A program made the translations under genes and the position numbers. Positions 39,934 through 53,342 of a stretch of DNA of 64,000 nt are shown piece by piece. How positions within the stretch are numbered: the stretch's first letter is position 1; every line of letters starts with the position of its first letter. The notes below the pieces were generated by a model. It was not told the DNA's origin. It saw only the letters and a list, made by a program, of their open reading frames with translations, and made no database searches. Source of the stretch: Marsupella aquatica (taxonomy: Eukaryota; Plantae; Marchantiophyta); assembly GCA_973895155.1 (NCBI GenBank), contig OZ316894.1, positions 5,666,944 through 5,730,943 of the forward strand. The letters run 5' to 3'.

Positions 39934-42900
39934 TCCCATGGCATATATTTGCAGCAAATGATCATATCCTTCCTCTTTCCCATATAGATCATCTTTCGCA
40001 TTATTATCTTTGCGCTTTTGTTTTAGCCCAAGAGGAATTCACTATTCCATCGACCTTTTGTACCTTTCATCCAATTTTTTTTTTAATACCTAGATCTCGA
40101 CCCTCCATCATATGATTCTCTTCAATCTTGAACATCCTTGGCATGTTACGATCTCACCTTTTTATTTCTCTTTTTTGGGGGAGGAGGAAGAGGGACCCCC
40201 TTGGAATATAGGCCACGCAACAGACCTAAAAGTATTGGGGGAAAACCCTCCACATGTTCATAGCAAGAAAAAGTTAAACTTTGAGGAGGGGAAACGGGAG
40301 TAATCGTGGGGAAGGCCAAAGTGCCTTGCAAATCACTTGCGAATGAAATAATTCCATTTTAGAAAGAAAAAAATGAGAGTACTCCATCCAGAACTACTGG
40401 TTCAACATTCTGAGGATATCTTTTCCTATGAGGAGTCATTCAGACTATCAAACCTCAACTTACTGAATCGTCTAAAATTACTCCAGGCATTTCACGTGTT
40501 GGAAGTGAATGATACCACTCGAGTTGGCACAAACAACAAATCAAAGGGCACCTGGATGGCTTAGGTAATAGAAGTTGTAAAGGAGGCCTGGCATTGCTTC
40601 CTATAAAAAAAAGGAACAATTGGGAAATTGTGAACAGCATGCTGGAGGCCCAGCCAAGTTTCCTTAGGAGAAGCCCACTTGGGAGGAGAGGGAATTCACT
40701 CAAAGAAACACCTCAAGGAGCAAAAATACAACTAGCCAACAATTCCCTAAACTATTTTCCCTTCTTGCAGCATCTCTTTCCTGATTGATAAGGTAACTGT
40801 ACATCATTGCAAAACCTGCACAAAACCAGAGAGGAGGGAGGCAAACATGAAGCACCATCAAGTAGGAAAGGTAACACAAGAAGCAGCAACAACAAATTAA
40901 AGTATGAAGGAGAGAGCATGAGTGCCTAGCTCTACGAAGGACGAGCAAAGTTTGCAGCCTGAAATGGGGAGGCCAGCTACAATGGAAGGGGTGGGTAGCT
41001 ATGTCGCCTTGAGTTCTAGGTCCTAAACCCTCCCAGGAACGTCTCCCAATCTAACCTAGCAAGAAACCAACTGCTCAGGTGAAGACAGGTAACACCCACG
41101 AAATCAACCACTCTGGTGAAGACAGGGAATACCACCAAGCTAACAAGAGTTGGGAGTCACACCAAGTGATTCTTTCTAATGGAGCCCCACCAAGCATATT
41201 ACATGATGATTCCTTTCCAGTGTAGGTCATACCAACTTTATAATGGAGATCCGTTTCTACTGGAGATCCCACCAATCACTTAAGTCTTTGCAGCTGGAAG
41301 GGCCTTCGAAGTTCTACTTCCTTAGCTACGTACCTACATATTATGAACATAAAGTGTTTAGGAAATGTTGCATCCACCCCTTCATTTTTATAACCCAAAC
41401 AATCTTTGCCAGAGTTGGGTGATTTTAGTTGTTTGGGGTGAATACAGTAAAAGCCTGGGGATGATCTAGAATTGCGTCACTGTTCATTAAAAAAAAACCT
41501 CAAACGTAACTTAGAATTAACATAAAAGTAAATTGCTTGGAAATAGTGTGAAGACAACTGTTATTAGGGGATAGTTCTATTCAATTTCGTTGCGTTTCAT
41601 GAATATTTACAAGCAAGGTCACCCAAAAGTTATCCCTCACCTTTGACTTGCATAGCAAATTTTATATACAAACAAATTAGAATTTCTATCTGGCTATACT
41701 TTTCCAGCCATGCATAGGTAGGGAGGCTCCCTAGGTGTCCACCTGGAAGTGGGCCAATTAAAGGGAAACAGTTGCCAGAGACCACCAACGCCTATGTTCC
41801 CAAGACACCCACCCATGTGAATGCATGTGCTCTCATTGCCTCCATACCAATAAAAATCCCTCGCATAAGTTTGCTCCCTATCCAGTAGTTTGCGCATATG
41901 TTGAACTATGGTTGGCCTTTTGACCTAGCCTACCTGTTATGTTGGGCTGTCCAGCTGGGTATTGCTTGTAGCCATCCTGCTTATCCTTGAGGGCGAGGGA
42001 ATTGGGGTGTGCCATACTGCCATTTGTGTTTAATTCCAGGTCATCACGTTACTTGGAATAAGGGAAACCCAAGAGCTTCCTGCCCAAAAAACGACACGCT
42101 CAAGAGAAGAGGTATACTAATAAAATAATTTGACATTAATTTAAACACAGATTACCACACGAGGTGCATTGAACCCAACATGGCCTCTTACCCTCAAACG
42201 ATTTTTACAGCAGGCATGATTGTGATGTGCTTTGAGAAATGTAGGAGTTTGAAGGATCCCAGTTCATTACCTAGGGGAATAGTGCACAATTTGTTGTCAA
42301 GAGTAGTTTGAGAAATTTATTGCCCGTGGACTGTACAGTTGCTTAGTGTAGCTATTCTTGTTTCATGTTCTTTCCTGAAAAACTATTTGAATTTCTATGA
42401 AAGCTGAAGATAGATCAGAGTTGTTCCTAATGGGACCAAACTGGGGTGAGTTGACAGTCATCTAGGCACGGATCTAGTGCAAATTGAGCTTAGTCTCTCA
42501 ATTGAACTACTCAAGAGTTGAATATGGGCCAACCTGATAAAAGGGCTCCATGATGTGCTTCACTATAAGTCACTGGCAGTTTTGCTGCAGAAGAATGAGA
42601 CAACTTTGATTTCCCAACATTGCCCCAGGACCTCAATAAGAGATTCAAAGTCCATCTATGTCCGTGAAGAAATAATTGGTTACTCACTTTTTGGGCTGAA
42701 CAACAATCATCATCTTTCATTTCACCTGGTGCTTTAAGGTATAACTCTATTGACTTGCTTTCCAAATGAAAGGTCTCTTTTGACTCAAGTAGCTAGGAAA
42801 GTCCTCACCCATGGATATGCCCTAGGTACCAAATGGCCTTCCGTTTTGGGATGATCTTGGAACCACAACTCACGTTCAACCACGACCTTTTGGGATGATC

Positions 42901-45900
42901 TTCCAACCATACTCCACTTTTAACTACTAGGGAAAGTGAGTAAGTATACAACGCAAGGCCCTTGACCTATGCAACCTGTGTCTTGTCACCTGATTTGGGT
43001 CATTGCAGTTTGTACGATGAAGGTTTTTGCCGTCAAAATTGAGGACAATGTTCCCTGTTCTTGTAAACCAAACTTCAAGTAGGCTGCTGATGAGTCATAA
43101 TTTCTGGTATGATTTCCAAACGACAGTTAGGCTAGTTAACCTACCATGGGACCAAGACAATCACCAACAAAAGATGTCTCGTGCTGTTAGGTATACTGTT
43201 GACAGATTACTGAACACGTCTCACAAACAGTGGCTACAGTGGTATTTGAATCAGATGCACTAATAATGTAATTAACTCTCTTGTTTGACCCAACTGTTCA
43301 AGAAGCCAGTAACCTTACAAATGGTTAATGGTTTTTGCTAGCCTCTGGTAACAAGACAGCAGGAGAGGGACTATATTCTCCAGGGGCTGAGAATCTGAGG
43401 CACCTCCCTATTGGAGAGGGGAGAATCAAATCCCATGTGGCTCAGTTTTCTGGGTCCACACGTGGATATTGAGATTTAATTTTCGAATAAATTTCCTAGG
43501 CCTATAGGGGGTCCCCAAGAGGAATGCTTCTTGAAGTATTTTTTAACACAAATTGATGAAACCGCACAACAGCTAAACGACATTGGAGCATTATTTAATG
43601 TCATTTCCTTTCACAACCACCGATGTTCCATCATCAAAAGCCTTCTGAATTGTGGGCATGAATAGTGCTGGTCCGTTCATTGACAATTAAAACGACTTTT
43701 GTGGGAATTTCTCGATTTTTGGACCAGATATTACGGATAAAGCCTGTAACAGGGTGCAGAACTTCGTGCACGGTAAGTTACATCTATTACCATGTATATC
43801 GGAAAAGTAGGCAAGGTTTGTCATGGAATGACCAATTTAGGTACTGTAGTGTGCAAAAACTTTTGGATTATGAATCACAGAGTCTATAATTTTTCCTGTT
43901 TGTAACCTGACTGATCAAATTTTGACGTTTGAGACCAGATTGCTATTGGGAAAACCATATTCCATCTTCATGAAAATCCCGTACCAAGGTTTCTTCGTCA
44001 CCATTTGAACATTGTCATTCAGATACTAGCTTAGGCTCTCTAGTTAGTGTGTCTCCTCTAAGGAATGAGGCCCTAGGTGGCCTATGCATCTCTCCCAACA
44101 CTTTGTTATTCAGCAAAATTCAATAATTTTAAGGCCAAACCAACTAGAATTTAGAAGCAGCCAACGCAGTGGTCCTAAAGAGAATCAGGAACAATGTACT
44201 GAAAGTTGTCAAACAAAGCACAACCAGGAGTAAAGCAAAAGAGGTCCAAAGAGCACAAAAACTAATCTCAAAGAAGAGGGTTAACCAGAGTTAAGTCACT
44301 TTAGCCATGACACAAAGAATGGCATTGTAGTAATTGATCTAAAAATGATGACAGACATGTGATATTTGACCAACATAGGTGACAATGTAGTGAAACGCAG
44401 TAAATAAAACGTTTGAACATTTGTTTCAACAAAAAATGAAAGTGACTAAGTAAGGTCAATATTTCGAATCAATTCACGGCCAATTCACGGCCACAAAAAC
44501 CGAAGAACAACGTAGCGACGATGACCGACGTGGTCAACATTGAATGAACTCGACCGCTATATATATCTACACTCTCACAAGCAACAAAATAGTGAGTCCC
44601 AAGAATCAATGTGGATCAAGGTCAATGTAAACTTGACCCACATATACACTTAAAAAACAAAGATTTGACAGTGTTGACAATTATTATTCGATGTAAATGT
44701 AACAAGAAAATGATGATGAATCGAGAATGAGGAGAAGAATGGGGAATGAAAAACAAATGCAGCCCTCGTGGGCTGCAAGTTGAATGGCATTCCCGTTGGA
44801 CTATGGGGAATCTTATCAGGATGTGTCACATGGGCCCCAAGTTTTTAAGTGCAAAACAGAATGGGAGTTGAGAGTTTGGTGGAATCTACATCGAATCTTT
44901 ATGGGCCATGCCAGGTGAGGAATTGCCAAGTATTGTTACTACATTACTCCTGGCCCAGGAATGCCAATATGACTATTATTGGCTGGGGAGTTTGTTAGCA
45001 GTGGCCCAGTTGTTCATGTTGGGTAGGCATTGGCTCCATCATCCTCAAAGGGTTCTCAACAATGAGAGTACACTCTCTTGAATGACCTTGTGGTAAAAAA
45101 AACTTGTTGGTGGAGGTTATGGGGAATGCTTGGAACTTTTTGGATGTGGTAGTTTTTTTCGCCTTGGAAATCCTGTCACCCTTTCTTGTGGTTGCCAAGT
45201 TTTTTTCCTGCCAGATAGAGCAATCTGGAGCCGCATGCAATGAAAGTGTGGGATGCCAATCCTGCACTCTAATCTCAATAGACCCCAAACGTACCACCCC
45301 ACTTTGTTTATTGTGTGTGGGACATTGATTCTCCCTCTACATCCAAATTTGGACAACTAGAAGTCACCGTGTGATACTGACATCGAAACTTCTTCATTTA
45401 AAATCTAATGTATTTGGTAAGGAACTGGCAAAGAAACTGGGAAAATGTTGAAGCTTTGTTGAAACTTGAGCCTGTCTTGAAAACTTTGGGAATAAATCTT
45501 TTCCATAAATCGTCTAAAGGACATTGGTAATACTGATTAATTCGCCTTCCACCAGCTGTGTAAAGGCTGTTCAAGGGCAGGGATTCGACTTTGTTATAAA
45601 AAAACAAATGAACTATGACTAGTTGACAGATCTATGTCATGCGTTAGTCTATCTTACTGACATGACTAAATTGAGTGAGACCATTGATATTATAGCCATC
45701 ATCTCTCCAGTTGGGCAGGTAACTACAGCACCTTGCATAAAAAGGATTAATGTTTTCTTGATGTTTTTGGGAGGAATGATTGGTTATTCCAGACGTTAGC
45801 ATTGAGTAAATGGTCAATTAGTGCCTTTCAAGTGCGTGTGTGGGGGTGGATTTAACCGTGACCTATAGGGGTAAAAACGCCTGTTGTATATCCAACTCTT

Positions 45901-47049
45901 CATGATTTCCCAAGTGTTATTCTTGGTCAATATACAAAGGGTATTAAGCCTTTGATATGTTTGGAAGATGGCTGTGGATGTCACGGTTATTGTGAGAGGA
46001 TTTGTTGGGCCTTGAAGAAAGTCTTTATCAAATGCAATTATTCCAAAGTGAGCCCACTTTTCAACTTTGCTTCCATGGATTCTCGTACTAATCGTTTCTA
46101 GTGACCCTCCCTTGACGAGTTCTTTCCTTAACTTGAGGGATCACAATGATTACGATGTGAGGTACAATTAGCAACGCAATAATGTTAGTGGGAGGTAAGA
46201 GTAATTTACCAACTTAAAATAGTCCTTCCTTGTGTAGTACAAGAGTGGTACTAATAGAGCACTCAGTAAGGGCACAATCACAACCATGGTGTCTCTGTAT
46301 GTATTCTATGATATAGTGCATCACCATCAATTTCAATATTAAAAAACCATTGCATCTACAAAAGAGCTGGTTTGTAGAATGGTGTGTTAAATACTGAACT
46401 TTGGGTCCTAAGAGTCAAACCATTATGGCGACGAGAAAGCTATATGAAAAAGGAGTGGCAGTTGGAGTCTTCAGAATGATTGAGTACTATTGCAAACTTG
46501 GTCTTATCTCTATAACGTTTTTCTACAGATTTTTCTCGAATGAGGTGCAATGTTGTACAGAGCAAGAAAATATAATATCATCCAAATGTTCGTACATTTA
46601 GTTTTGGGGGAAGCAAGCGGAAACCCTGAAAGAGTTCGTACATTGTTGAGGGAAGGAATGATTGATTGTCAACAAATAATGTAGGAACGAGAAATCACAT
46701 CATCTAGGAATACACGAGAAAGCAATGTTCACATGGCTAGGAATACGCGAGAAAGCATCCATCGTGGACTCAAAACTTGTTCATGACGCTTTAATTTGGA
46801 GCTCAATCTGAGTTCATTCTCCATGGCAGGCACCAGAGGAGTCTAAGTTAATTAATCGCAGTAGTTTTCTCATGGGGTGACCAGCTTGTTGTCTTTTATT
46901 ACTTTTTACTTGTGAGTAAAAGTTGTGTCCAACTAGCTAAAAACCTTGTCAATGGCCCTTGAACTACCTTCATCTAAGAATTAAACTGAACTACATTATC
47001 ATGTAACGCTTCATTGTCATGTTAGGCTGCACTATCACCCCCCAAGTTA

Positions 47050-47165
47050 TTTCACCTAAGCAAATGAACATGTTCCGTTTATAGTGGGGTTTGTGGTACC
47101 AGCAAACCTTGTGAAAAGGAACACTAAAATCTGAAAATGGGGGAAGCCCTTCTAACATAACAGCA
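47050..47165 (+). repeat. Dispersed repeat; copies at 48280-48460 and partially at 28443-28470
   Basis: CTAAGCAAATGAACA..TTTATAGTGG..TTGTGG..TTGTGAAAA.GAAC..GAAGCC.TT is shared. Confidence 0.75.
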
Positions 47166-48350
47166 TCTCCAATGGTGTACGCTATTTGCTTACTATATAC
47201 ATTAACTAAATATAGCATAAAAGGTCAACTTTTTTAAGGTTGCTGTATATAGCAAGGATGATATGTCAAAAAGTAAACCCAATGGATAGTGGGTTTTTTT
47301 AGTATCTCCTGACATATGCACCCTTGCATGCTAATAATTGGGTCTTGGAAAACCCAGGAATGAATTCTCAATGCGCTATAGCTCATATAGATCCAGTAAC
47401 CAAAAAACCCAGTAAAGTCAGAAATGAACAGCGTTAGAGTAACCCATTGGGGTTGCCTTTTGTGTTGAACCTTACTAGGTTTGGTGAACATAGTGTTATA
47501 GTAGACCAACCCAATAACCAGTGGAGATGTTGTAACTTGATACAAGCTTTATATTTATTGATTGATGGGACGTAAATGTTGTTTTCCTCAATAAAGTATG
47601 CATCTATTAGGGGGTCTCAAACCTCAGATTTTGATGGATCTTAACTTAGTAATTAAGGGTGTAGACATAAAAAGTTATGGACTGCCAAATTCATGATCCA
47701 TAACTTTTTGTCATAAAGATTGGTCATATGCTATGACCATAAGTCACTCTAGAGGCTACTCAAAAATACTTTTACATAACCTCGTGGAAAAGCTATGGCC
47801 ATTTGTTTCTGATTTGTTTATGGTCAAGAGCCAGCTGGCATGACTGGGTCCTCATAAATGAGACTTTTAGCTGCCGCAAAACATTAGGGAAAAAGTAGTT
47901 CTGGGATTTACAATGGATCTTATGAAGTGTGCCTCTTTGCCCGATATGATTGGAGGTAATAAGGGCACAACAAAGCTTCCAGTACCACAGTTTTGCAACT
48001 TGTGTCACTTTCTCCCTTTGTTTTACATGAAAGTTTGAGGTTGGGACATCAAGGGTCAGAAGATTTCCTGCCATTGCCCTTGGAAGCCCGGTGCTAATTT
48101 TATGGCGTCAGGCCCCGGCACACAAGGGGGTAAAGGCTATTTTCTCTCAGATATATGCATGCTGCTGTCAGTCTGGTTTAGGCCCAAATTTCAAAGGACC
48201 TATGACATGCGAGTCAATTCTAAAAACCATCATCCTTAACTATGAAGCTTTTGAGAGACTCCCTAATAGTTTTGCAACCCAACTAAGCAAATGAACATTG
48301 ACCCCTTTATAGTGGCAGTTGTGGAACTGGTGAACTTTGTGAAAATGAAC

Positions 48351-48397
48351 GAGGGATTTGCTTAATCAGATCCCCAAAATGATGAAGCAAATCCCTC
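48351..48397. mobile_element. 47-bp TIR mini-element (Mutator-like by TSD length)
   Basis: GAGGGATTTGCTTAATCA...TGATGAAGCAAATCCCTC is a 17/18 inverted match with an 11-nt loop. It is flanked by GAAAATGAAC and TAAAAGGAAC (8/10). The paralogous repeat at ~47110 has a single GAAAAGGAAC and no insert. Confidence 0.6.
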
Positions 48398-49174
48398 TAA
48401 AAGGAACACCAAGATCTAAACATAGGTGAAGCCTTTTCAGGTGAAGCCTTTTCATACTAACAAGAGTTACAAGCGAGGAGGAACTACTCTACACTGTAAT
48501 TATGACTCAGAACAGGCTCTTACATACACGTCGCCTGAAGTCGGTAGACCTGGGTCTCAAGATGACAAGATGTAACGCGAGTTCCTGTGTTGGCCGACAA
48601 AAGGAGTAGAGCGAAAATAGAGCATACGGTAATCTGTGTCGGTTTCTGTTGAGGGCTAACAGTTTCCGACAACTGGCTCGCGTCAGATCATTACTACAAA
48701 GCCCTCTAAGCGCTTATTTGGCGACACCCACAATTACATCAGTCCGTTTAGTGGGGCCTCTGCCCTTCGTACATTTATGGGAGCGACAGGGCCGAGCGGG
48801 TTCGAAAAGACGTGACTTCCTACCAGTTTGGAGGTGATGAGGCGTGGCACTAATTTAAGCCGGTATTTGTGAGTCATGTTTGGGAAACACAACGAGCGTG
48901 CACGCCATGATCCGTGTAATGAGCCCAGGTCTCCGGCTAAGGTTGTCAGAGTGCCAAATATACAGGCATTTCGGTTTCAGATGTTGGTGCAACAGTTTCG
49001 AGATTCGACAGCATCCTTTGTCGCTGAGTCCTGCTAAGCTTGTCTGGCTCCAAATATAGAGCCTGTTTGGATTGTTTTGTTTGCGAACCCCTACCGGGGA
49101 TCGAGGGAATTGTTTTAGGGACCGTTTCTTCTGACTTTTTTGCTCAGTGGCGATTTTAGCATTATTCATGGAAA

Positions 49175-52100
49175 AATATATACATACTTTATACAGAAAA
49201 AGGCCAAATAGAGTACAAAAGAATAAACAAGAGAGGTCCCAAGTGGACAAAACCAAACGCAAAAGAAGTGAGCAAAAGGAAACCCTAAAAACCAAGAAAG
49301 AGGAACTAAAAGAAATGAGCAAAAAGAAACCCCTAAAAACCAAGAAAGAGTAACTAAAACTACCGCAAATGGACCGAGGTCCTCATCATACCTAGCAAAT
49401 GTGGCAACAAGCTAGTGGTCTACATCAAGTGTCGAAACTAGATCAGCAAGTGAGACAGGAATGTCCTCTAGGGGGGCTAGCCGCTGCGGAGTCACACTAG
49501 CACCCACTGTCAGAGATCGACGATAGACGGCCCGAGCTTGAGCACGCTGTAAGGTGACTGAAATGCGTTGGCGAAAGTGCGTGGTCAAAACAGATAGCGG
49601 GGGCCCGGTGGGACCCATCCGGCCGTGAACATCCCGAGCAGCTTGGCGAAGAAGCCCGTCGAACTGATGATGGAGACGCCCAAATATCTCAAGAGCAAGG
49701 GGCAAGAAGCTATCAGATGAAGCTCGTGCAGCATATTTGGCCTCCTTCGTTGTTGCTGCTCGTGATGCTGTTGCCCCTGCCATTGTTGCCGCTGTCCCAA
49801 TGATGTCTTGGCGCAATGGGTTTGCCACCACTACATCTGCCAAAGTACGGTGACCGTCACGGACCATGGTAAGATCCACCTGTAACCGCTGTGATGGAGG
49901 ACCAGGTAACTCGAGCACCACCTCCCGCCGCGCGCAGACCAAAGAGCCAGAGAGAACCTGAGCAGTCGCATCTCTCACAGCGTCGTGAACAAAAATGGTT
50001 TCGCCACCCAAACTGCATCGAAGAAGATGGACACCTGTGGCATCACAAGGCTTCCCACAACTGCAAGTAGGAGGTAAACCAGCAAGAAGTGGGTGGGGCA
50101 AGCCCATACGAAGACGCATGGCTGTCGCAAACTCCGCTGAAGACATCCACAGGTGAGGAATGACTGGATTGGCCTGAAGCCAGCCTCCTGCGCCCTTCCC
50201 TCCGGAAGAAAGAATCCGAGCTCGGTCCGTGTCAGGTGCCTCGGTGAGGATGCTGGAAAGGGTGAAAGCGTGCATACGCCCAGCAAGGTCTGCCTGAAGA
50301 CGGACGGGGTCCAAGGATAAAAACTCCTGGAATGAAGGTAACGCAGCTCGAACAGGATCGGGTAATGATGACCACGCCGTGCGCAATTGAACCTGAAATG
50401 GGAGGGAACCCTCCTCGACCTCCACGAGGGATGAAAGTAAAAAAGGTCGATCCTCAGTAAGGAAACGATCAGCCAACAATGAGAAGGCGGCCGCCCACGC
50501 GCCCAAGAAGGCCAAAGGTGCAAGGCGCTCAGTGGAAGTAAGCCCAAAACCACCGTGAGAAATAGGAAGACTGAGCTGTCGATGAAGCCACGGAGATGAG
50601 AGTAAAGTACCTGGCCCTAAAAGAGAGGCCAAAGTCTCACAAATGGAGACATCAAACGCTTGGAGGTGTAGATAAAGATCCTCGGTAGGGGGATGTGTCC
50701 GAGCCAAATAGGACGCACGAGGGTGGATGCATCTCAACAACAACCCAAATGCTGCCTGAGAGTCTGCTAACTTAGGGAGCATAGGAGTAGGGGCTAAGGC
50801 AGCCTAGAGAGCGTCAGCAATGAAAGATGAGCAAAAGGAGGCGGTACCGACTGGGGAGCCAAGGACCCGAAGACCGTCGGTAGGACGTAAGAACCCAGGG
50901 GGAAGCGCAAGATTAGAGGGTAACCCAGCTGGACTCCATGCACGACTCTTCACCGGCTGAACTCGTAAACCGAGGCCCAACAAATGGGTGGAAAGGATGG
51001 CGAGGGCAGAAGTAACAGCAACAGGTGGACCAATGATGTGGGTGTCATCTGAAAGGGAGGGGAAGATACACTGGGGGTGGGCCGCGGAGGCTTCTCGTAA
51101 AGCAGTAAAATGTGCAATGGCAAAAAGAGGCCCACCCAAAGGGTCACCCTGACGTGTACCTTCTGCAGAAGAAAGAGTGGTATACGCTCCTGTAGAGGTG
51201 TGATGACTATAGAAGAGGGGGGCCTCGAACCCATAAAAACAACGGACAAAGGGGATAAGGGACTGGATGTCTGGATCCGCTGCCCTCAAAGCACGAAAAA
51301 TTGCTGCCCGAGAAACCGTATTGAAAGCATTGGAGACATCAACCTGGAGGACAACCCAATCAAGGTGGAGGTCCAAGGTAGTACGAATACCCGCAATAAC
51401 TGTCTCACAACCGCCAGGAACGCCCACTGCAAACTGATGTGGAGAGAGATGATCCGATAGTGCAGAGCGATACTGCGATGAAAGTGCGCGAGACACCAGA
51501 CGAAGAAAAACCTCTCCAATAGCTATGGGCCGAACACCCGGTGAAGACTTAGCCATGGCCAATAAACGAGAAGCACTCAAAAGCTGAGAGACGGGAGGAG
51601 GCAAACGGCCGGTAGCAATACACTGGCAAAAGGAGAAGAAAACTGGAAAACCAGACTGTGGATCCTCAGGGGGGAATAAATCACGAAAATGCTCAAAGAC
51701 ATAGCCAGAGGGGCCACCAGCCGCGCAACGCGGAGCATGGAGGAAAGCATAGGTGAAGTGGTCCCGACTAAACTGAAGATCCTCCTCAGGCTCAAAATCC
51801 TCCACGAACAAAGGGAGCTGATCATAGGGCTGCGGATGGAGATCCTGAAGGGCCGTCAAGGTGACCTCGCCAGGGGGGGCTGGTGTGGTGGGAGAAAGGG
51901 CTTGGACCGCACGACGATATTCACCAGCCTGGGCCAAACGACAAGAGCGACGAAGGCGTCTGTGCTCTAGAGGATGAGAGTGGCGAGCTGGGTCAGACAA
52001 AGCACGGGTAGTAAAGGAACGGGCTCGAAGAAAGTACTCTTCCTGAAGCTGTTCCCTATCTCCCCGCAGAAAACGATGGATACGAGAGGCAGTCTCACGA

Positions 52101-53342
52101 TGACCCACGCGACCACCGTGACTAGGGAGGGTAAGAGTCCACTGTGGAAAAAGCATGAGTAAAGACCAATAGGAGACCTCGATAGGATGCGCCAAGATAA
52201 GCTGCATGAGTTGCAACAAGGATCACCGAACTAATGGGCGCAACGCTAGTGGGATGTGGTTATAAAGGCGAGGTCTAATGTACCCTGGATGGTAGGCTGG
52301 AAGGGGGTCTAGAGAGCGAACCCAACTCCATGCCTGCTCGGAAGCCTCCAAGGAAGGAGGGGCAGAGCTAACTGGGTCAAGAGGGGGCTGGGGCTGGGAT
52401 TGGGCTTGCTGGCGACGTTGGCACCGGCCCCGCCCGCGGTGATGAGGAAGGTAGAGGCCAACCCAGCCACACTCAGGACAAGTATGCAGGGGACGCTCAT
52501 CTGGGGAGGGAGCAGGGAACGACTGGACAGGAGGTGGGGGGGGAACCAACGTGGATGAAGAGGCCGGAGGGGGATGCTGGAGGGGTGGAGGGGGAATGGG
52601 CTGGGGAGAGGACCCAGGGCGTCGATGGGGTGGGCAGTAGACTGGGGGGACTGGTAGAACATCGGGCATGGGGTCATCACGAAGATGAGAGAGATCCAAT
52701 GAAGAAGAGCAAACACGAAGACGACCACAAGGCGGGGGGGAGGAGGGGGGAGAACTGTGTGGGGGGGCTGGGCGCTTGCCCCGCGCCAACACTCTCAACG
52801 TAGACATGACAGGTCGCAACCCGATAAAAGCAAAAGCGCATCAAGAAGCGACAAAAGGCCCAACCAAGACATGTGAAAAGAAAGGGAAGGCTATGGAGAG
52901 AGCCCACCGCGTCAAAATCCGAGAAGCGGTGCCACCGCTAGCCTAGAAAACCGTTGAGCACGTGCAGGCACAGCCGGGAACAAAGCTGGAGCTCTCGTCG
53001 ATGTGTCCGTTGAGGAGTCAATGCGAGTGAATATCTCTCCGCTGATTTGAGCGTGCTGCTACAGCTCCCAAAGATGGTGGAATGCAAACTGGTCCATTAA
53101 ACTTGGCAAAAACCACCTTGTCAGAATTGAAGAAGAAAGGCAACCACCAATCGGAGGAGAAACGTGGCAAGACAGGAATGCTCCAAAGCTGATCAAGGGA
53201 AACCGTCACCAAAAATGGAGGAGTAAATCAGAATCGTAATCGGAGCCAAAAGTGGTTGATATGTCACCAAAAGGACCGCGGTAGGGATAGATGTTGCACT
53301 CTCGGACAAGAGCTGGCCAAATCACATGAGAATGCCGGATTC
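49175..53342 (-). mobile_element. CRE-like (restriction-like endonuclease) non-LTR retrotransposon, ~4.2 kb; boundaries tentative
   Basis: Single RT-RLE ORF with a pyrimidine-rich 3' UTR (49411 to ~49175) and no poly(A) tail. Candidate 9-bp TSD TCATGGAAA at 49166-49174 and 53343-53351. Confidence 0.8.
49412..52819 (-). pseudogene. CRE-like polyprotein (~1135 codons): N-terminal zinc finger, RT, CCHC, PD-(D/E)xK-like endonuclease; two in-frame stops
   Basis: Three ORF-track pieces (52223-52819, 50804-52219, 49412-50782) share one frame and are separated only by TGA (52225-52223) and TAG (50806-50804). Motifs: CPECGW..HHRGRGRC; GGPSG; VRPIAIGEVFLRL; QFAVGVPGG; QVDVSNAFN; GTRQGDPLGGPLF; SLSDDTHIIG; LRVLGSPVG; LPISHGGFG; CSCG...HLLRC; HDAVRD; QVDL...ADVVVANP...KEAKY; FLPLALEIFG. 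Confidence 0.9.

Noticed and set aside
44758-44777. Perfect 8-bp hairpin TGCAGCCC-TCGT-GGGCTGCA as a Helitron end or terminator
   Set aside because: No CTRR terminus at the expected distance, and intrinsic terminators do not apply to plant nuclear DNA.
30000-47000. Numerous 60-125-aa ORFs
   Set aside because: The DNA is CpG-depleted and stop-rich with no coherent exon chain or recognisable domain. It is probably old TE debris (weak LINE ORF1-like traces near 31400-31750 and gag-like traces near 40370-40560) too decayed to call.
52900-52945. Possible HDV-like ribozyme or U2-like target in the CRE 5' UTR (CACCGCTTCTCGG...GCGGTG)
   Set aside because: Only a simple hairpin can be drawn; no nested P1/P2/P3 pseudoknot could be built by eye, and the U2 match is about 10 nt.
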